Made by a program: the position numbers and the translations under genes. Below are positions 8,352 to 13,496 of a DNA stretch of 13,496 nt, one piece after another. This DNA comes from Octopus sinensis. Its lineage: Eukaryota. Numbering within the stretch: position 1 is the first letter of the stretch; each line of letters starts with the position of its first letter. Location of the stretch: contig NW_021825922.1 of NCBI RefSeq assembly GCF_006345805.1, positions 1 through 13,496 of the forward strand, in the 5' to 3' direction. The notes under the pieces were generated by a model, which searched no databases, had not been told where the DNA came from, and saw only the letters and a program-made list of their open reading frames with translations.

Positions 8352-8580
8352 GTTTGTCCCCTCTGTGTTTAGCCCCTTGTGGGTAGTAAAGAAATAGGTA
8401 TTTCGTCTGCCGTTACGTTCTGAGTTCAAATTTCACCGAGGTCGACTTTGCCTTTCATCCTTTCGGGGTCGATAAATTAAGTACCAGTTACGCACTGGGG
8501 CCGATGTAATCGACTTAATCCGTTTGTCTGTCCTTGTTTGTCCCCTCTGTGTTTAGCCCCTTGTTGGTAGTAAAGAAAAA
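8352..8580 (+). mobile_element. SINE family C fragment in head-to-tail arrangement
   Basis: B-box gagttcaaattt, central gtcgactttgcctttcatcctttcggggtcgataaattaagtacc; tail gtttgtcccctctgtgtttagccccttg..ggtagtaaagaaa occurs at both 8352 and 8536. Confidence 0.75.
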
Positions 8581-8581
8581 A

Positions 8582-8617
<36 letters not shown>

Positions 8618-8625
8618 TTATTATT

Positions 8626-8758
8626 CTGGCGAGGTTGTCTTTGCCTTTCATCCCTTCGGGGGGGTTGATGAAATGAGTACCAGTAACGCACTGGGGTCAG
8701 TGTAATTGACTAGTCCCCTCCCACCAAATTTCAGGCCTTGTGCCTATAGTAGAAAGGA

Positions 8759-8817
<59 letters not shown>

Positions 8818-8963
8818 TTTATTATTCTGGCAAGGTTGTCTTTGCCTTTCATCCCTTCGGGGGTTGATTAAATGAGTACCAGTCATGCACTGGGGTCGCT
8901 GTAATTGACAAGTCCCCTCCCATCAAATTTCAGGCCTTCTGCCTATAGCAGAAAGGATTATTA

Positions 8964-9012
<49 letters not shown>
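8626..9012 (+). mobile_element. Two tandem 5'-truncated family C-related SINE copies with (ATT)n tails (201 bp period)
   Basis: 8626-8758 and 8827-8957 share the same start point, body and ttttattattctgg junction. Confidence 0.85.
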
Positions 9013-9013
<1 letters not shown>

Positions 9014-9259
9014 TGGCACGTAAAATGCACCAATCCGATCGTGGCCGTTGCCAGCCTCCCCTGGCACCTGTGCTGGTGGCACGTAAAAAGCACACACTAC
9101 ACTCATGGAGTGGTAGGCGTTAGGAAGGGCATCCAGCTGTAGAAACACTGCCAGATCAGACTGGGGCCTGGTGCAGCCTTCTGGCTTCCCAGATCCCCGG
9201 TCAACACCCATGCTAGCACGGAACACGGAATATGGACGTTAAACGATGATGATGATGAT
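9014..9259 (+). mobile_element. RTE-type LINE 3' UTR end with (GAT)n tail
   Basis: Reverse complement of ~4629-4883; ends ggacgttaaacgatgatgatgatgat. Confidence 0.85.
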
Positions 9260-9287
9260 TATTACTATTATTATTATTATTATTATT

Positions 9288-9484
9288 CTGGTAAATGTTC
9301 CATCGGCCAGACACTTGACCTGATTCATCTTTGGTCAGAGAAAATAAAAAAATAAAAGAGAAACCTTGACCAGACTCTTCCCCCCCCCCCCCAGACCATT
9401 CAGCCGACGTCAGTTAATTAAATATAATGGGCAACCAACTACTGACTTCGCTATTTGGCCAATTAATTTTTTTTGTTTTTTGCT
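9288..9484. repeat. Unclassified ~200 bp dispersed repeat, copy 1
   Basis: Shares exact blocks gacacttgacctgattc, gtcagttaattaaatataatg and atttggccaattaat with 10620-10818. Confidence 0.75.
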
Positions 9485-9576
9485 TTTCGTAGTAAATAGG
9501 CAATTTATAATATACATGCAAATACATCCATCCATACACATGCAGATACAAACACACATCAATCCATGTATGTGTG

Positions 9577-9607
<31 letters not shown>

Positions 9608-9624
9608 TTGTATTTATGTACATA

Positions 9625-9664
<40 letters not shown>

Positions 9665-9683
9665 TATGTACATAAATGCATAA

Positions 9684-10190
9684 ATTGTGTTCACGTTTTT
9701 TTGGTGTCCTGTACTCATATATGCGTGTATATATACATGTAGAGGTAGGTACGTACATATATGTATGTATATATGCATATGTTTTATTTTATTTAATATT
9801 ATTATATATATATATATATATATTATATATCTATATATATATATATATATATTAATAAATAAAATATGCATATATACATACATATATGTACGACCTACCT
9901 CTACATGTAATATACACGCATAGCTGAGTATAGGACACCAAAAAAACGTCGAACACAATGAGAAACGAAAACATAGACACAAACCCAAGGAACTGGACAT
10001 TTTTCTTAAACAACAAAAAATAGAAGTACAGACAAATAACACAAGGAAAAAAAAAACCCTTCTTCAGTCGCCATGGTTTCATCTACTCTACATTTCGAAG
10101 GTGAAGGCGAGACGTATCTTCGATAAGAAACTTTCCTTCCTGCAAAAAGCAAATCAAATAAAAATTGAGATCTTTTTGCAGAGGGGTAAA
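9684..10190. repeat. Asymmetric foldback: inverted arms 9684-9797 and 9851-9959 around (TA)n; long arm probably continues to ~10190
   Basis: attgtgttcacgtttttttggtgtcctgtactca...acatgtagaggtaggt is mirrored by acctacctctacatgt...tgagtataggacaccaaaaaaacgtcgaacacaat. Confidence 0.75.
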
Positions 10191-10221
10191 AATATATATA
10201 TATTATATATATAGTATATAT

Positions 10222-10554
10222 AGGGCAGGAGTGGCTGTGTGGTAAGTAGCTTGTTTACCAAGCACATGGTTCTGGGTTCAGTCCCACTGCGTGGCACCTG
10301 GGCAAGTGTCTTCTACTATAGCCTCGGGCCAACCAAACCCTTGTGAGTGGATTTGGTAGACGGAAACTGAAAGAAGCCTGTCGTATATATGTATATATAT
10401 ATATATATGCGTGTGTGTGTGTTGTGTGGTCTGTGTTTGTCCCCCTAGCATTGCTTGACACAACCGATGTGGTGTTTTATGTCCCCGTTACTTAGCGGTT
10501 CACCAAAAGAGACCGATAGAATAAGTACTGGGCCTACAAAAGAATAAGTCCCGG
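10222..10554 (+). mobile_element. SINE family A, near full length, lacking the 3' tail
   Basis: Colinear with 8035-8350. Confidence 0.9.
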
Positions 10555-10581
10555 TGGTAGTAGTAGTAGTAGTATAATTAC

Positions 10582-10618
<37 letters not shown>

Positions 10619-10619
10619 T

Positions 10620-10818
10620 CTGCTAAATGTTTCATTGGCTGGACACTTGACCTGATTCTTTCAATCTTTGGTCTGAGAAAAGAAAAAAAAAAGAAGAAGA
10701 GAAGCTCTCTGACCAGTCTCTTCCTCCTCCTCTTCCCCCACTGACCATTCACTTGAGGTCAGTTAATTAAATATAATGAACAGCCATTTGGCCAATTAAT
10801 ATTTTATATTTTCTTGCT
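10620..10818. repeat. Unclassified ~200 bp dispersed repeat, copy 2
   Basis: See 9288-9484; also preceded by (ATT)n. Confidence 0.75.
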
Positions 10819-10876
10819 CCTTATTATTAAAGACTTATTTCACTCCACATTACTGCGTGTGTATCTGTTATACATG

Positions 10877-11014
10877 GGTGAAGGGCATGGCTGGGTGGTA
10901 AGAGGTTTGCTTCACAATCACATGGTTCTGGGTTCAGTCCTACTGTGTGGCACCTTGGGCCAACAAAAGCCTTGTGAGTGAATTTGGTAGACGGAAACTG
11001 AAAGAAGCCTGTCG
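10877..11014 (+). mobile_element. SINE family A variant 5' half with 26 bp deletion
   Basis: ccttgggc joins directly to caacaaaagcc; diagnostic aagaggtttgct...aatcaca and gtgaatttgg. Confidence 0.8.
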
Positions 11015-11053
11015 TATATATATATTATATATATTATATATTATTATATGAAG

Positions 11054-11105
11054 GAGCTTCTACAGGACTAGAACTGTTTCATCAAGAGAAATCTTCAGGA
11101 AGCTC
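11054..11105 (-). ncRNA. Type I hammerhead ribozyme motif (minimal, Penelope-like)
   Basis: Minus strand: GAGCUUC CUGAAGA UUUCUCUUGAU GAAA CAG UUCUAGUC CUG UA GAAGCUC. It has a 7 bp perfect stem I, CUGANGA and GAAA cores, a 4 bp stem III and a GUA triplet; stem II is weak or absent. Confidence 0.75.
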
Positions 11106-11107
11106 TA

Positions 11108-11462
11108 GTTCAGTCCCACTGCGTGCACCCTTGGGCAAGTGTCTTCTACTATAGCCTCGGGCCAACCAAACCCTTGTGAGTGGATTTGGTAGACGAAACT
11201 GAAAGAAGGCCGTCGTAATATGTATATATATATATGCGTGTGTGTTGTTTGTGTGTCTGTGTTTGTCCCCCTAGCATTGCCTGCCAACCGATGCTGGTGT
11301 GTTTATGGTCCCCGTACTTAGCGGTTTGGCAAAGAGACCGATAGAATAAGTACTGGGCTTACAAAGAATAAGTCCCGGGGCGATTGCTATACTAAAGGCG
11401 GTGGCCAGCATGGCCGCAGTCAAATGACTGAAACAAAGTAAAAGAGTAAAAGAGTAAAGAGT
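11108..11462 (+). mobile_element. SINE family A, 5'-truncated at the B box, with complete 3' tail
   Basis: gttcagtcccactgcg...cagtcaaatgactgaaacaaagtaaaagagtaaaagagt. Confidence 0.9.
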
Positions 11463-11470
11463 ATATATAC

Positions 11471-11669
11471 AAGGTGCAGGAGTGGCTGTGTGGTAAGAGG
11501 TTTGCTGCCCAATCACATGGTTCTGGGTTCAGTCCCACTGCATGGCCTTGGGCCATCAAAAGCCTTGTGAGTGAATTTGGTAGATGGAAACTGAAAGAAA
11601 CCTGTTGTATATATATATATATACAAGGTGAAGGCATGGCTGTGTATTAAGAGGTTTGCTTCCTAATCA
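11471..11669 (+). mobile_element. SINE family A variant: 5' half (11471-11607) plus a further head (11625-11669)
   Basis: Same deletion and diagnostic bases as 10877-11014. Confidence 0.8.
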
Positions 11670-12645
11670 TTGTCCTCCGGGCAATAACAGAGGAATTCAA
11701 GATGGGTTGCCCCTGGGAGCTCCTCTATGCTGATGACTTGGCCCTCGATGCAGAATCACTACCAGAACTAGAAAAGAAATTCTGGCTGTGGAAGCTAGGT
11801 TTCGAATCAAAAGGCCTTAGAGTCAAAGTAGCAAAGACCAAAGTTCTAGCAAGCAGGAAGGCAAACTCATCACACCTACCTTCAGGTAGGTGGCCCTGCT
11901 TGATCTGTAGAAAAGGTGTAGGTAGAAACTCCATAAGATGTACCCAGTGTAAGCTATGGACGCATAAGAGGTGCAGCAACATCAAAGGAAAATTAACTGA
12001 TAAGATAGCTTTCATGTGCAGCAGATGCACAGGGGCAATTGGCACCACAGATACTCAGAAAACAGATTCCATCACATTCCAGGGAGAGAAGAAAACTAGA
12101 GTTGATAGTTTCTGCTACCTAGGTGACCCAAGTTAGTAGTGGAGGTGGATGCTCAGAGAGTGTTACCACGAGAATAAGAATAGCTGGGCAAAAGTTTAGG
12201 AAGCTTCTACCCCTACTGGTGACAAGGGTCTCCTCGCTCAGAGTGAAAGGTAGATTGTGCAATGCATGTGTGCGAACTGCGGAGGACATGTGTAGGTCAA
12301 AAGAAATGAAGCTAGCATGATCTGCTGGATGTGTAATGTCAGTGTGCACACACGACAGAGTGTAGCGCCCTAAGAGAAATGTTGGACATAAGAAGCATTG
12401 GATGTGGCATGCAAGAGAGACATCTGCGCTGGTATGGTCATGTACTACGGATGGATGAGGAGAGGTGTATGAAGAAGTGCCACTCCCAAATAGTTGAAGG
12501 TATCCGGGGTAGAGGTAGACCCAGGAAGACATGGGAGGAGATGGTCAAGCATGATCTTCGAACGTTGGGCCTCACAGAGGCAATGACAAAAGGCCGAGAC
12601 CCCTGGAGATACGCTGTGACTGCGAAGACCCGACAAATGAAGTCA
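11666..12645 (+). pseudogene. Degraded RTE-type LINE reverse transcriptase C-terminal half with PHD-like finger insertion
   Basis: LLYADDLAL catalytic motif, KTKVL, VDSFCYLG, LRWYGHVLRM and RGRGRPRKTW in order across frameshifted ORFs 11702-12136, 12123-12320 and 12379-12720. Confidence 0.93.
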
Positions 12646-12700
12646 GTTCATTTGTATGAACTCACATGTGTATATATATATATATGTATATATATATATA

Positions 12701-13211
12701 CTGTAAATCCTCGAGTATAGTCCGCCCTTGAGTATAATACGCAGGGGATTTTTAGGGGGCTGTACCTCTGGAAAACCTAAACCTTGTGTATAATACGCAC
12801 CCCTTCTCTAACTTGAGTCAAGGAGGTCTATATAACGTCCTTGGTTTGTAAAAATGTATACGATAATATCCTTTATTATTATTGTATATATAACATAATG
12901 CAAACGTGTAAGCTTTTTTGTGCATTTTTTTGCAGAAAATAAAGAAATAACAGTAATAACGTTTAATAAATGTGGCTCAATGCAAGTTATGGATGATTCT
13001 TTTATGACTTCATTGCTTTCAGGCTTAGCTTAAGGTATTTTTGCTCCGACATCACAAAATGTGTTGGAATAAACATTGTCGGACAGCAAATAGAGACTCG
13101 GACATTGCTTAGAAAATAATTTCATTTTTAACCTCGTGTATAATACGTACAAGGGACTTGACCTTTAAATTTGGGACAAAAAAATGCATGATTATATTCA
13201 AGGATTTACGG
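12701..13211. mobile_element. Non-autonomous Tc1/mariner-superfamily (Tc2/pogo-like) element inserted in (TA)n
   Basis: TIR ctgtaaatcctcgagtata versus reverse complement of tatattcaaggatttacgg; TA/TG flanks; subterminal gtataatacg repeats near 12733, 12788 and 13138. Confidence 0.8.
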
Positions 13212-13213
13212 TG

Positions 13214-13247
<34 letters not shown>

Positions 13248-13425
13248 ATTTTAAAATAGTGTACATTTAAACACAAAAGAAAACTACCCTTTAACAGGTA
13301 ATTTTTACATGCTAGAAATGTATCTTATGTAGACACTGTACTAGCGTTAATATATACATGTGTGTGTATATGTGTGTGCAGTGTGGGGTGTGTGTAATCA
13401 GCTATGAAAAAAAACTGTTGGAAGA

Positions 13426-13482
13426 CAGGTGATGGAGCATGGCTACAGTCCAAAAAACTGAAACAGGTGAAAGAATTAAAAA
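13426..13482 (+). mobile_element. Highly degraded SINE family A 3' tail
   Basis: agcatggctacagtccaaaaaactgaaacaggtgaaagaa resembles agcatggccgcagtcaaatgactgaaacaaagtaaaaga. Confidence 0.45.
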
Positions 13483-13496
13483 ATGTGTGTGGGGTG

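Noticed and set aside
10044-10135. Second hammerhead candidate (CUGAAGA on minus strand at 10067-10061)
   Set aside because: No GAAA follows the putative stem II; the upstream GAAA motifs cannot be arranged with valid stems I and III.

Overview
AT-rich, repeat-saturated eukaryotic non-coding DNA (intergenic or intronic) with no supportable host gene. The repeat families look like a coleoid cephalopod, most likely Octopus; this comes from recognising the repeats, not from a database search. The window holds many tRNA-derived SINE copies from about three families, fragments of two RTE-type LINE lineages, two complete non-autonomous DNA transposons, one Tc1/mariner-type end, five foldback (inverted-repeat) structures, and long microsatellites including about 1.15 kb of (TATC)n. 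One LINE lineage has a PHD-like finger inside the RT region and a tandem-repeat 3' UTR with a (GAT)n tail; the other ends in three C2H2 fingers. Almost all ORFs in the supplied track are artefacts of microsatellites or SINEs. The strongest unexplained signal is a complete type I hammerhead ribozyme core on the minus strand at 11054-11105, resembling the minimal hammerheads of Penelope-like elements and abutting a 5'-truncated SINE. A half-hammerhead lies in the foldback at 6503-6672.
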